Shown here one piece after another: positions 1 to 8,146 of a stretch of 64,000 nucleotides of DNA (the first letter of the stretch is position 1; the number at the start of each line of letters is the position of its first letter). The notes beneath the pieces are model-generated. The model ran no database searches, was not told the origin of the DNA, and saw only the letters and a list, made by a program, of their open reading frames with translations. Source of the DNA: a virus. The DNA is taken from IMG/VR virus record IMGVR_UViG_3300025117_000031, positions 32,001 to 96,000 of that record, one strand, 5' to 3'. The position numbers were made by a program, and so were the translations under genes.

Positions 1-24
1 AAAAGAAGATGTCAATCCCCTACT
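1..24 (-). promoter_or_regulatory. sigma70-type promoter, -35 part (TTGACA at 15..10); -10 lies outside the window
   Basis: Same aaaagaagatgtcaatcccctact string as the complete promoter region at ~12339-12362. Confidence 0.65.
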
Positions 25-682
25 TTAGACATACTCGCCATGTTCGAAGGATTTCAATAAAAACCTCTCGGAACACAATAAGATGATTATCAAATTCTTC
101 TTCTTCTTTGGCGATTTCAAATAAAGTCCTTGATGAGAACAAAAGCGACGAAATCATCGAGTTTCTTAGGTTAAATATGTTGTCCAAGTCTAACAACAAA
201 GCCCAAACGATGTTATTAATAACAACTTTAAGTAATTGTTCGCTTTTTGCTGGACTGGAGGGGTATTTTAAAGCAACCGCATCCGCATTAACGTTGAAAT
301 AAAAGTCTTCTATTTTTTGTTTCGAAGCACGACCAGCAAGCCAATCTCTCAATAATTCCGGGGCTTTAGTGTAATCTACATCTTTACTGATGTCTTTTAC
401 GATATTCGTTCCAAATCTATGCGAGACATAAGAAAAAACACTTTCCAGGATTGTTATGCACATTGCAACCTGGAAATCGAATGGAATCAATTTCCCAGCA
501 AAAACAATAGCTTCAAAACTATCTATTTTTTTGTTTTCCAAGATGTCCATAACCGATATCTTCTTATCTAGATAAGAAGAACAAACCTCATCTAGGGTTT
601 CGTTATTAAACAGTTTTTTTAAGTATTCATCATTATTAGCCAGCTTTTTTAAGTATTCAGCAGTGTGTCTTTTCTGACTCAC
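20..682 (-). CDS. hypothetical protein
   Basis: Long ORF (track 20..733); likelier start is GTG at 682 behind GAGAGGGA; short EYLKKL repeat near the N-terminus. Confidence 0.7.
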   Translation of the reverse strand: MSQKRHTAEYLKKLANNDEYLKKLFNNETLDEVCSSYLDKKISVMDILENKKIDSFEAIVFAGKLIPFDFQVAMCITILESVFSYVSHRFGTNIVKDISKDVDYTKAPELLRDWLAGRASKQKIEDFYFNVNADAVALKYPSSPAKSEQLLKVVINNIVWALLLDLDNIFNLRNSMISSLLFSSRTLFEIAKEEEEFDNHLIVFREVFIEILRTWRVCLK

Positions 683-758
683 TTTTCTTTCCCTCTCGGT
701 ACTTTCTCCCAGCAAAAATACCAATAATCCCACATGCGACTACAAGTCCAACACCCAT
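657..758 (-). CDS. putative 33-aa membrane peptide MGVGLVVACGIIGIFAGRKYREGKKSESEKTHC
   Basis: ATG 2 nt after a CTAATTA motif; hydrophobic segment followed by a basic tail; below the ORF-track cutoff. Confidence 0.4.
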   Translation of the reverse strand: MGVGLVVACGIIGIFAGRKYREGKKSESEKTHC

Positions 759-828
759 TATAATTAGGTTTGCTTTACAGAAACGAGAAATCATTGTATT
801 CCCCTAGTTAGTATAGAGCCTATATAAC

Positions 829-1116
829 ATGACTGTAGTCATTTTGCAAGCAATATTTATATTTGTTGGTATTTTCTTTACAGACTTTTTAAACGCATTA
901 TACGTTGCCGCAGTAGCAAAAAACAAAAAGTTCAGTGCAGCAACCTTATCTTTTGTTGTTGTCCTTGTTACTGGCTTGATAGTAATAGAATATACAAAGA
1001 ATCCGTGGTTTATTATACCAGCAGCGATTGGAGCTTTTTTTGGAACTCTTGCTTCGGGATATGTAAGAATCAACAAGCCAAAAGAAAAAGATTCTAAGGA
1101 GTCTGAGAATTCGTAG
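829..1116 (+). CDS. small membrane protein
   Basis: 95 aa with three hydrophobic segments. Confidence 0.65.
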   Translation: MTVVILQAIFIFVGIFFTDFLNALYVAAVAKNKKFSAATLSFVVVLVTGLIVIEYTKNPWFIIPAAIGAFFGTLASGYVRINKPKEKDSKESENS

Positions 1117-1486
1117 GAAACAGCTTATCTAATCTTTTCTGCAGTTCGGACTTCTTTAAAACAAGACCATTCATAAGCCTCGCCTTTGCCTTTCCTTTTC
1201 TTTTTTGGTCCTCTTGCCACTCGTTGATGAAGTTTAATACTCCAACACAGCTCGGACCATCCTCAGTTAATACGAATGGCACAATTTCGCATGACTTATA
1301 AAGTTCCAAGTCTGTAATTGCAAGGTGGCACTTAAGAGAGCCTAGACTTCTCCAGAATTTTCCATTTTCTTCAAATCTAGGGGAGATTCCTCCATTGGAA
1401 TATAAGAGAGTTTTTAGGTCTCTTATCTTCCAAATGGTTTTTTCTTCTGGCTTGTGTTTTACTTTATAGCGGGGAGAGGACTTCAT
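1094..1486 (-). CDS. hypothetical phage protein
   Basis: 130-aa ORF starting right after the vWA gene stop. Confidence 0.65.
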   Translation of the reverse strand: MKSSPRYKVKHKPEEKTIWKIRDLKTLLYSNGGISPRFEENGKFWRSLGSLKCHLAITDLELYKSCEIVPFVLTEDGPSCVGVLNFINEWQEDQKRKGKAKARLMNGLVLKKSELQKRLDKLFPTNSQTP

Positions 1487-1487
1487 C

Positions 1488-2702
1488 TTACTTCTTGTAG
1501 AGGAGGAGGGTGCCCTTCTTCAGCTTGCGATTAGCCGAAGTAGAAAGAATAAACAACTTGTAGTTCTTAAGGTTTCCAGGATGAACTTGAACTCTCTGAT
1601 GTTGCGGAATTCCAGCAAGAGTTCTTGCCTGGTCTCCACCATAAACCGCCCCTGTGGTTGAATCCATGATAAGAAAATCTTTTGTCTCTTGGACGGTTTC
1701 GCTCTTTGTCAGTTGATAGTAGCCTCGTCCCTTCGAGAAGCTGAGTCGGTGGGGAGTAAGCGAGAAGCTTTCTTCAACGAAATCCTTGATTGGCATATCC
1801 TTGTGAACGGCCCAACGATAGAAGTCTCCCGACAGATCGTCCAGTCTTTGGTTAAGAACCTTTGTGTTAACCTTGCTAAGGTCTGCTGAGAAGAAGTTTC
1901 TTACGCTATTGTTTCCCTTGCTGCGAGCCTCATAATAGTTGTCGTAACCTGTGGTGACGGACCTAGAAAGAACTTCCATCCCTCGTTCTGTTTGGTCCCA
2001 CTCTTGAATATTCCCCGGAAGGGCGCCAAACCGTTGAACGTAATGGGAATGACCACGAGGCACAGAAAAAACAAAGGTCCAGCGATCTGTTGCGTGTAGT
2101 TCGCCCATAAGCGAGGAGACTCTAGCAACAGAATATTGAGTTGAAGAGTTTTCTTCCCCGTCTGTAATAGTGATTACAAGAAAGCTATGATTTAGCTTGT
2201 CGGAGTAGAAAGAGTTTTTATATTCCTGGGCAACAAGACCCACCGCATCGCGAAGAGAAGTAGACGAACCGTTGGCGTCATAATCTCTTTGTGTAATGTG
2301 TTGAATCACTGAAGAATCAGAGGGAGGAACAAGAAGGCGAAGAGTCCGGTCAAAAGTATAGACCGACATAATCGTTCGCTGACCTGACTTTTGAGCTGAG
2401 CGCTTGATTGAATCAATTTGCTCATTAATTACTTGAATTGCCTTAAACCTCAAGCCTTGCATGGAACCAGAAGAATCCATCATAAGAGCAATGTGATTGA
2501 CGCATTCGGGCTTTGGAGGAGTTTTCTTCTTTGTGGGCTTGGCAGGCGTCTTTGCTGACGTCGCAAACGAAGCCTTTAGCTCTCGGTCTTTATGAAAACG
2601 CCTTGCGCGAATGCCAGTTGTTGAAATACAGCGATTCCCAGGCTCCGCTCCACAGACAGGACACTTAACGGACATGATTTCAGTTGCAGACAGACGTGAC
2701 AT
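1488..2702 (-). CDS. von Willebrand factor A domain protein with N-terminal zinc finger
   Basis: MIDAS motif DSSGSM, T..DA, ITDGEEN; N-terminal CPVC...C...H; RBS GGAG. Confidence 0.85.
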   Translation of the reverse strand: MSRLSATEIMSVKCPVCGAEPGNRCISTTGIRARRFHKDRELKASFATSAKTPAKPTKKKTPPKPECVNHIALMMDSSGSMQGLRFKAIQVINEQIDSIKRSAQKSGQRTIMSVYTFDRTLRLLVPPSDSSVIQHITQRDYDANGSSTSLRDAVGLVAQEYKNSFYSDKLNHSFLVITITDGEENSSTQYSVARVSSLMGELHATDRWTFVFSVPRGHSHYVQRFGALPGNIQEWDQTERGMEVLSRSVTTGYDNYYEARSKGNNSVRNFFSADLSKVNTKVLNQRLDDLSGDFYRWAVHKDMPIKDFVEESFSLTPHRLSFSKGRGYYQLTKSETVQETKDFLIMDSTTGAVYGGDQARTLAGIPQHQRVQVHPGNLKNYKLFILSTSANRKLKKGTLLLYKK

Positions 2703-2721
2703 TTTTTCTCTCTCCTTGTTG

Positions 2722-4053
2722 TTATAGCAGATCTTCGACGTCTTGATAGTTGTCGTTATCCTTGGCGATTCCTTCGAACAGCTTAAAAAGCCAACCCTTG
2801 TGCTTTAGAATATCTGTTCCACTTTGACTTTCATATCTAACACAAACGCCCTCTCGAATGTGACGAGGATCGAGGGGATCTGGGCCTTGAGTAAGCTTTT
2901 CGCACTTTTCCAAAAGAGCATCGAAATTCCCATCATAGAAAAATGTCTCATAGACGTGTACAGTTTCGAGTCCCATCTTGTTACAGCGCTCGACGACTTG
3001 GCCCCAAGGCAATTCATAAACATCTCCGTCTTCATTTGTCTGCGTAATACGATAAATAAAAAGACGGTTCTGCTTTAGTGGGTCTTCTGCGTTGCAACCA
3101 TAGGTGTAAAGAATTTGTTCCCCATACTTCTTTGCAACAGAAGGCTCCTTGGTTGTAGAATGAGGAGGCATAATGGAGGCGCCGGTATCGGTAAAGCCGA
3201 CGATTTCTCCATAAATTGTTTCTCCCTTGCGAACTCCACAAGAAGAAAGAAGCTTATGATACTTCTCGCGGTAATTACCACCATGGAAAGGGTCCTCGAA
3301 AGTTCGCTCTCCGTGATTTAGAATTGTACGACGAGTCCCCGAAACGTAAGAATATTCCCTCTCTTCAAACTTGGGACCGCCAATCTTTTCGGCAACTCGA
3401 TTCCAAATTAGCTTTGGAAGAGAAAGCTCCTTGCGAGAAAAAGTGTAAGAAAATCGCATACTTGTGCCGTGGCACTTGGAAGAGATATGGATCAACGCTC
3501 CGACTGGAATTTGCCCAGAGCAGAAGCGAATTTGCTTAGTCTCAAAGTGTTCCTTAAACAAGGGATACTTCTTTTCCTTGGCAAGGCGCTTCTTCCAAAG
3601 AGAAGAAATCTTATTCTTATGCTTCTCGCTAGAAAGACTTCGCCGAGAAGCCTTTGGAATATACTTGAAGCAAACAGACTTTCCGTTCAGCTCCGTAAAG
3701 GTGTAGTTCTCGGAAAGAACGTCGGTCTTGATTCCGGTCCATTCAACAAAAGAAAGAGGACACCAAAATCCTTCGGAGATTTCTCCTCGGAACTTTTGAT
3801 CTCGAACTCGGCCATTCTTATCAAAATAACCACCCATCTTTTCACCAGTATCAGGATGGGTTTGATAAAGACGATTAGTAACAAGCATGTCCTTCGACAA
3901 AGCACCGTCGGAAGGAAAGAAGATTCCCATCTGTCCTTCTGAATTATCAAGTCCCACAACAACCTGATTACCAACGACAGTTGCTAGCTGCACCCTATCG
4001 GCATTGGGATGCTTGCGGACATTCTTCAGCGGGGCAATAATTGCTTGATACAT
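2722..4053 (-). CDS. ATP-dependent RNA ligase (DRB0094/Rnl2-like) with N-terminal OB-fold RNA-binding domain
   Basis: N-terminal VRKHPNADRVQL; motif I SKCHGTS, IYGEIVG, REGVCVR, LKHK; RBS GGAG. Confidence 0.85.
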   Translation of the reverse strand: MYQAIIAPLKNVRKHPNADRVQLATVVGNQVVVGLDNSEGQMGIFFPSDGALSKDMLVTNRLYQTHPDTGEKMGGYFDKNGRVRDQKFRGEISEGFWCPLSFVEWTGIKTDVLSENYTFTELNGKSVCFKYIPKASRRSLSSEKHKNKISSLWKKRLAKEKKYPLFKEHFETKQIRFCSGQIPVGALIHISSKCHGTSMRFSYTFSRKELSLPKLIWNRVAEKIGGPKFEEREYSYVSGTRRTILNHGERTFEDPFHGGNYREKYHKLLSSCGVRKGETIYGEIVGFTDTGASIMPPHSTTKEPSVAKKYGEQILYTYGCNAEDPLKQNRLFIYRITQTNEDGDVYELPWGQVVERCNKMGLETVHVYETFFYDGNFDALLEKCEKLTQGPDPLDPRHIREGVCVRYESQSGTDILKHKGWLFKLFEGIAKDNDNYQDVEDLL

Positions 4054-4067
4054 TTTATTCTCCAGTT

Positions 4068-4346
4068 CCCTTTCGAGACTTGAACCGTGAACTCCTTAGT
4101 TAACACAGCCGCTCGATTCCTGCCCAAGAGAAAGTTTCGTTTTGGCCGTAAGGCCAGAACCAGAGCTTTCTTGACAGCAGGCTATCCCCGCCAGGGCGAC
4201 GGTTCTTTTTATCGTCGTAGTATAAAACTTCGACATACTATTAAGATAGCACACGAAGTGGAATGTGTTGACTTTTTTGCAAATTCGTTGTTTCATCTGT
4301 CAGCATTCATGTTAACTAAGGAGTTCGTGGTTTAAGTCTCGAATGG
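4068..4346 (-). mobile_element. miniature non-autonomous derivative (MITE 1) of the tnpB element
   Basis: Internal deletion joins the first tnpB codons to the last ~105 nt of tnpB plus the right end; terminal inverted repeats ttcgagacttgaaccgtgaactccttagttaac / gttaactaaggagttcgtggtttaagtctcgaa. Confidence 0.9.
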
Positions 4347-4364
4347 TATGACAAAATTTACATG

Positions 4365-4393
4365 AGCATAACAGAAGTAAAAGAAGATGTCAA
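4365..4393 (-). promoter_or_regulatory. sigma70-type promoter TTGACA-17-TATGCT with extended -10 TG
   Basis: Minus strand TTGACA TCTTCTTTTACTTCTGT TATGCT; spacer start shared with promoters at 1-15 and 12325-12353. Confidence 0.8.
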
Positions 4394-4405
4394 CAAGAAA
4401 ACAAT

Positions 4406-4681
4406 TTATTCTTCTGCGAGAGTCTTTAAAACCTTCTTCATCTTATTAAAAACTTTCTTATACACTTCTAGTTGTTTCTCTAACTCTTTCTTTTCTCTTG
4501 TCAGCTCGGCAATTAAATCCAAAGCCTCCATTGGAGTTGGGGGATATTGAGAAACCGTAACTTGTGGAGTAAAATCAACTTCCGGATAAAAAGGAGTTGA
4601 TATCGCATATTTAGTAATTGGAGTGTGTGCGGCATATACAGCAGTAAAAAGACCAGTAGAATCAATATAACTTGACGACAT
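4406..4681 (-). CDS. hypothetical protein with C-terminal coiled coil
   Basis: 91 aa, RBS GGAGG. Confidence 0.7.
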   Translation of the reverse strand: MSSSYIDSTGLFTAVYAAHTPITKYAISTPFYPEVDFTPQVTVSQYPPTPMEALDLIAELTREKKELEKQLEVYKKVFNKMKKVLKTLAEE

Positions 4682-4740
4682 TTTTAAACCTCCGAAGCTA
4701 TTATATCAGAACCCGTTGAAAGTGTGAATAGAAAAACCGC

Positions 4741-5031
4741 TTGTCTTCTGTTTTTCCCTGTGGTAAGATTGGGGTTAAGAAACTCTATTTATTAGGGAGG
4801 GTTAATTCGTTGACTTGGTTGTTTTGTTTAATTTTATATCTTATCTTTGTGTATTTATTCAATTTTCTTCGTCTAGTCATAGACTGGAAGACTTGTTTAT
4901 CTTTTTATGACTTCTTGGAATATTCTCAAACTGCTATAAATTGGTGGGGCTTCATTATTTCTCCTTTGCTTTTCCCAGGTTGGGTTATAATTACTATTTT
5001 GGACGGTTTGTTTAACGATGCCGAAAAGTGA
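4741..5031 (+). CDS. small membrane protein (true start probably TTG at 4810)
   Basis: Hydrophobic ORF; GGGAGG upstream of the TTG at 4810. Confidence 0.5.
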   Translation: MSSVFPCGKIGVKKLYLLGRVNSLTWLFCLILYLIFVYLFNFLRLVIDWKTCLSFYDFLEYSQTAINWWGFIISPLLFPGWVIITILDGLFNDAEK

Positions 5032-5096
5032 AAAAGTTGTTGAATTTGCTTCGGAAGTATGATAGAGTCGATTAAACTTTTGAACGGAGAAATAAA

Positions 5097-5288
5097 ATGA
5101 ATGAGAATGAGGTTAAGGAATGGCTGTCGGCTCTTGCGGATGCAACACTTTTCTCGAATTCTGGGATTGACATGGAGCGTCTTGCAACAAATTTTGTTGC
5201 TGGAACTCTGTTTTTCAATCCGACATACGGAGGCAAGAAGTACGATAACGTCTTCGATAAACACTTCTTTGAGGCTCCAGAGGCATGA
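5097..5288 (+). CDS. hypothetical protein
   Basis: 63 aa, RBS GGAG. Confidence 0.65.
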   Translation: MNENEVKEWLSALADATLFSNSGIDMERLATNFVAGTLFFNPTYGGKKYDNVFDKHFFEAPEA

Positions 5289-5703
5289 GCGAAGAACTAG
5301 AAAAGTTAATATCCCCTTCGAGGCTTAAACCATGAACTCATTAGTTAACATGAATGCTCGATTCCTGCCCATGAGAAAGTTTCGTTCTCGCCGCAAGGCC
5401 AGGACCAGAGCTTTCTTGACAGCAGGCTATCCCCGCCAGGGCGACGGTTCTTTTTATCGTCGTAGTATAAAACTTCGACATACTATAAATAGAGCACACG
5501 AAGTGGAATGTGTTGACTTTTTTGCAAATTCGTTGTTTCATCTGTCAGCAGCCGTGTTAACTGATGAGTCTTGGTTAAAATCTCAAATGGTTTGGGATTG
5601 TATTCTTTTCGAAGAAGAAAAGAAGAAATCCGAAGATAAGCGCGAACAACTTCAAGCTCCTTCTCCCGAAATACCCTATTGGCAGGAAAACGAGAATAAA
5701 TAA
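5285..5703 (+). pseudogene. small gene interrupted by MITE 2
   Basis: ATGA overlap with the upstream gene; removing 5313-5590 restores a 46-aa frame MSEELEKLIFWDCILFEEEKKK...ENK*. Confidence 0.6.
5313..5590 (-). mobile_element. miniature non-autonomous derivative (MITE 2) of the tnpB element
   Basis: Near-identical to 4068-4346 with the same deletion junction; imperfect terminal inverted repeats. Confidence 0.9.
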
Positions 5704-5867
5704 TGGAAATTATTGCTCTTTTGTTTCTTTTTATATTAGCTTGCTGTCTTAATTACATTAAAATTAAGGCAGCAGCAATTGTTTTGTTTTGGGTTGTTAC
5801 GATAATTGGAGGAGTTTTTCTTCTTTTAACTCTTACCATGCCAGCAGAAAAAGAGGAAAAGCAGTAG
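5703..5867 (+). CDS. 54-aa membrane protein
   Basis: TAATG overlap with the upstream stop; MEIIALLFLFILACC... two hydrophobic stretches; not in ORF track. Confidence 0.5.
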   Translation: MEIIALLFLFILACCLNYIKIKAAAIVLFWVVTIIGGVFLLLTLTMPAEKEEKQ

Positions 5868-5885
5868 GATTCGCCTATTTAGAGC

Positions 5886-6140
5886 ATGAACTATTCTTTC
5901 CATTGTCGCGATTGCCAACTATATTTTGAAAAAAGAGAATTTCCAGTTTCTTCCTGTCCTGTTTGCAAGGGGACAAACGGAATTCAAAGAAAAATAGATA
6001 AAAGTTTTCATTTTATGTGTCCCATATGTGGACAGTTGTATGAATCTAAAGAAGAACCGTTGTTTTGTACGTTGTGTAGGTCGGAAGTAAAAGAAGTCCT
6101 CATTGTAGCTCAGAGGAGAAAAATAGATGAAAATAACTAA
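5886..6140 (+). CDS. small zinc-ribbon protein
   Basis: Four CxxC pairs (CRDC, CPVC, CPIC, CTLC). Confidence 0.7.
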   Translation: MNYSFHCRDCQLYFEKREFPVSSCPVCKGTNGIQRKIDKSFHFMCPICGQLYESKEEPLFCTLCRSEVKEVLIVAQRRKIDENN

Positions 6141-6702
6141 ATCTAATCTTGAAAGGTTAGTAACAGAATCTGTCGAAAGACAACTAAAAGAAATTAGAGA
6201 ATTTAACAAAGAAATAACTAGTTTCTTATCGGAAAGAGCCCACGTTGGTGGAATGGCCGGTAGGTATTTGTTTTATCTATACAATCTCGACTGCCCGAAG
6301 CGAGGAGCAACGGGGGAACAAGCAAACGACGAAACCAACAAATATATTCCAGGCGGACACGATCTGGTTGGGACGTTGGATAATATTGATGAAGTTACTG
6401 CTTTTATGATGGATTACGCAAAGACAATGCAGAAAAAACACGGTGGCAAAGCAGAACATTATGTATACGATCATTGGTTTGCCATTGATAAAGAGTCGGG
6501 CAAAATATACGGACCCAGAAAGAACACAATAGGTGGAGACGAGAAGGGTGAAATAGGATTAGCTGTACAGTGTAAAAATAAGGGAACGGAAGCTACAGAT
6601 ACACAAAAAGAAAAAACAAACAAAGAAAAAACAAACAAAGAAAAAACAAACAAAGAAAAAACAAACGTAGCCAGACCTGTTCGACCCGTTACCGTAGCAT
6701 AA
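6127..6702 (+). CDS. hypothetical protein, possibly virion-internal
   Basis: N-terminus MKITKSNLERLVTESVERQLKE resembles jumbo-phage head-protein propeptides; RBS GAGGAG. Confidence 0.7.
   Translation: MKITKSNLERLVTESVERQLKEIREFNKEITSFLSERAHVGGMAGRYLFYLYNLDCPKRGATGEQANDETNKYIPGGHDLVGTLDNIDEVTAFMMDYAKTMQKKHGGKAEHYVYDHWFAIDKESGKIYGPRKNTIGGDEKGEIGLAVQCKNKGTEATDTQKEKTNKEKTNKEKTNKEKTNVARPVRPVTVA
6607..6666 (+). repeat. four perfect 15-bp tandem repeats (aaagaaaaaacaaac) encoding KEKTN
   Basis: Read directly from the sequence. Confidence 0.95.
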
Positions 6703-6708
6703 TAAAGC

Positions 6709-6736
6709 TTGACTTTCTTTCTTATTTAAGTATAGT
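6709..6736 (+). promoter_or_regulatory. possible sigma70 promoter TTGACT-16-TATAGT
   Basis: Upstream of the 6761 ATG, which has a GGAGG RBS. Confidence 0.45.
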
Positions 6737-6760
6737 ATAAAAATCATCTCGGAGGACTAA

Positions 6761-7018
6761 ATGTCCAAGACGCTTGAAGAACTGTGCAAAGAGGCCGAGC
6801 AAAAGCAAATGCTTAGCAACAAGCTCCACACAAAGGAAGAGTTCCAATCATATACAGAAGAAAAGACAGCTCTGGTCGAAACGTTTTTTGAGGAAAACGG
6901 CATTGAGGCCAATTACGACCTTCATTTCTCAAATTCTTCCGAAGATGATATCATTATTGATGTCGAGGACTTTGATCTAATTATGGAGCTTGTTAACAAC
7001 CTCAAGAAGCGAGGGTAA
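6761..7018 (+). CDS. hypothetical protein
   Basis: 85 aa, RBS GGAGG; ends like the next ORF (FF.ENG....D......FD.I..LV..LKK). Confidence 0.75.
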   Translation: MSKTLEELCKEAEQKQMLSNKLHTKEEFQSYTEEKTALVETFFEENGIEANYDLHFSNSSEDDIIIDVEDFDLIMELVNNLKKRG

Positions 7019-7019
7019 G

Positions 7020-7274
7020 ATGTTTAATCCATCGAAAATCTTTGAGCGTGTGCAGTCAAGACTAGATAAGTTCCCGACCAGGGAAGCATGGGATAAGTAC
7101 GAGGAAGACAAGCAAAAGGAAATTATCAACTTCTTTGCGAAAAACGGATTTAATTTGGATTTTCCTGAACTCCAAACATGTTTGAATCTGTTTGGTAGAA
7201 ATACAGTTAGGCTTCCACTCCCGGAGTTTGAGAAGCTAATTAATTTGGTTAAGGAACTTAAAAAGAATTCGTAG
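7020..7274 (+). CDS. hypothetical protein, probable paralog of 6761..7018
   Basis: ATG at 7020 after GAGGG; shares the FFxxNG and LVxxLKK patterns with the upstream ORF. Confidence 0.7.
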   Translation: MFNPSKIFERVQSRLDKFPTREAWDKYEEDKQKEIINFFAKNGFNLDFPELQTCLNLFGRNTVRLPLPEFEKLINLVKELKKNS

Positions 7275-7589
7275 CTATTTTTTCTTCGGCTGTGAAGAAG
7301 CTTCCAAGATAGCTTTGATGTCACATATCGAAGTTTCGATGTTGCTTAGTTTAACGTTTATTACCGCATAATTCGTCTCAAGACTGCTTGTTCTTTTTTC
7401 TATATTCTCTATATCTTCAATGTTCTTTGATACGTCTTGGAGAGTTCTTTCTTGAAGGGTTGATGCTTTCGCTTGAAACGCTGGAACCCCAACAATTATT
7501 CCCAAAGCAAGCCCTACGATCGTAAAAATCGCTGGGAATATATAGTGTTTATGCCAACTTGGTAGAGAATCTAAAAATTTCATGAGCAT
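7275..7589 (-). CDS. membrane-anchored coiled-coil protein
   Basis: N-terminal TM helix then heptad repeats; RBS GGGAG. Confidence 0.7.
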   Translation of the reverse strand: MLMKFLDSLPSWHKHYIFPAIFTIVGLALGIIVGVPAFQAKASTLQERTLQDVSKNIEDIENIEKRTSSLETNYAVINVKLSNIETSICDIKAILEASSQPKKK

Positions 7590-7647
7590 TCTCCCTATAA
7601 AGAAAACCCACTCATAATAAATAGTTTATCTTATTTGTTTTTTGAAG

Positions 7648-7995
7648 TTATTCTAAACAGTGATTTTCTATAAGACAACCCAAAACGCACTTTAAGGATG
7701 GATTTTGTTCACACTCGACCCAAAAGCAACGATGTAGGCAAACTATTGCAATATCCGGAAGAGAATTTTCCACAGAAGAAAAGGTATAATCTACGTTGTT
7801 ATAGCTGTAGTAAAATGCTACAGACATTGAAGGTTGTGATTCTTTTTTCTCTTCTTGCACATCTTTTATAAGACAAGCAGCATCGGAATGTCCCGAAGCA
7901 TCTAGAACATCTTCTTTATAGTCTGTAGAACAAGAGGAAAGAAACCAAATTAAACAAAGCAGCAACAATATTGCTGCTAGCAAGAACCTTTGCAT
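7648..7995 (-). CDS. putative exported or lipoprotein
   Basis: Signal-like N-terminus ending LSSC; Cys-rich C-terminus. Confidence 0.55.
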   Translation of the reverse strand: MQRFLLAAILLLLCLIWFLSSCSTDYKEDVLDASGHSDAACLIKDVQEEKKESQPSMSVAFYYSYNNVDYTFSSVENSLPDIAIVCLHRCFWVECEQNPSLKCVLGCLIENHCLE

Positions 7996-8146
7996 TTATA
8001 TTCGTCCTTCGCACAATCGGCTGGAGTTTTTATTTTTGACTCCTTGGAACAGTCGTACCTTGCGCTTTCGCAAGAATCAAAACACTTCCTATCCATGAAG
8101 CATAGGCAAGAAGAGCTAAAAAGAAAGAAGACAACAGCTATTACTT

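Noticed and set aside
4068-5590. MITEs as self-splicing IStrons
   Set aside because: No group I intron core was recognised, and MITE 2 is antisense to the gene it interrupts.
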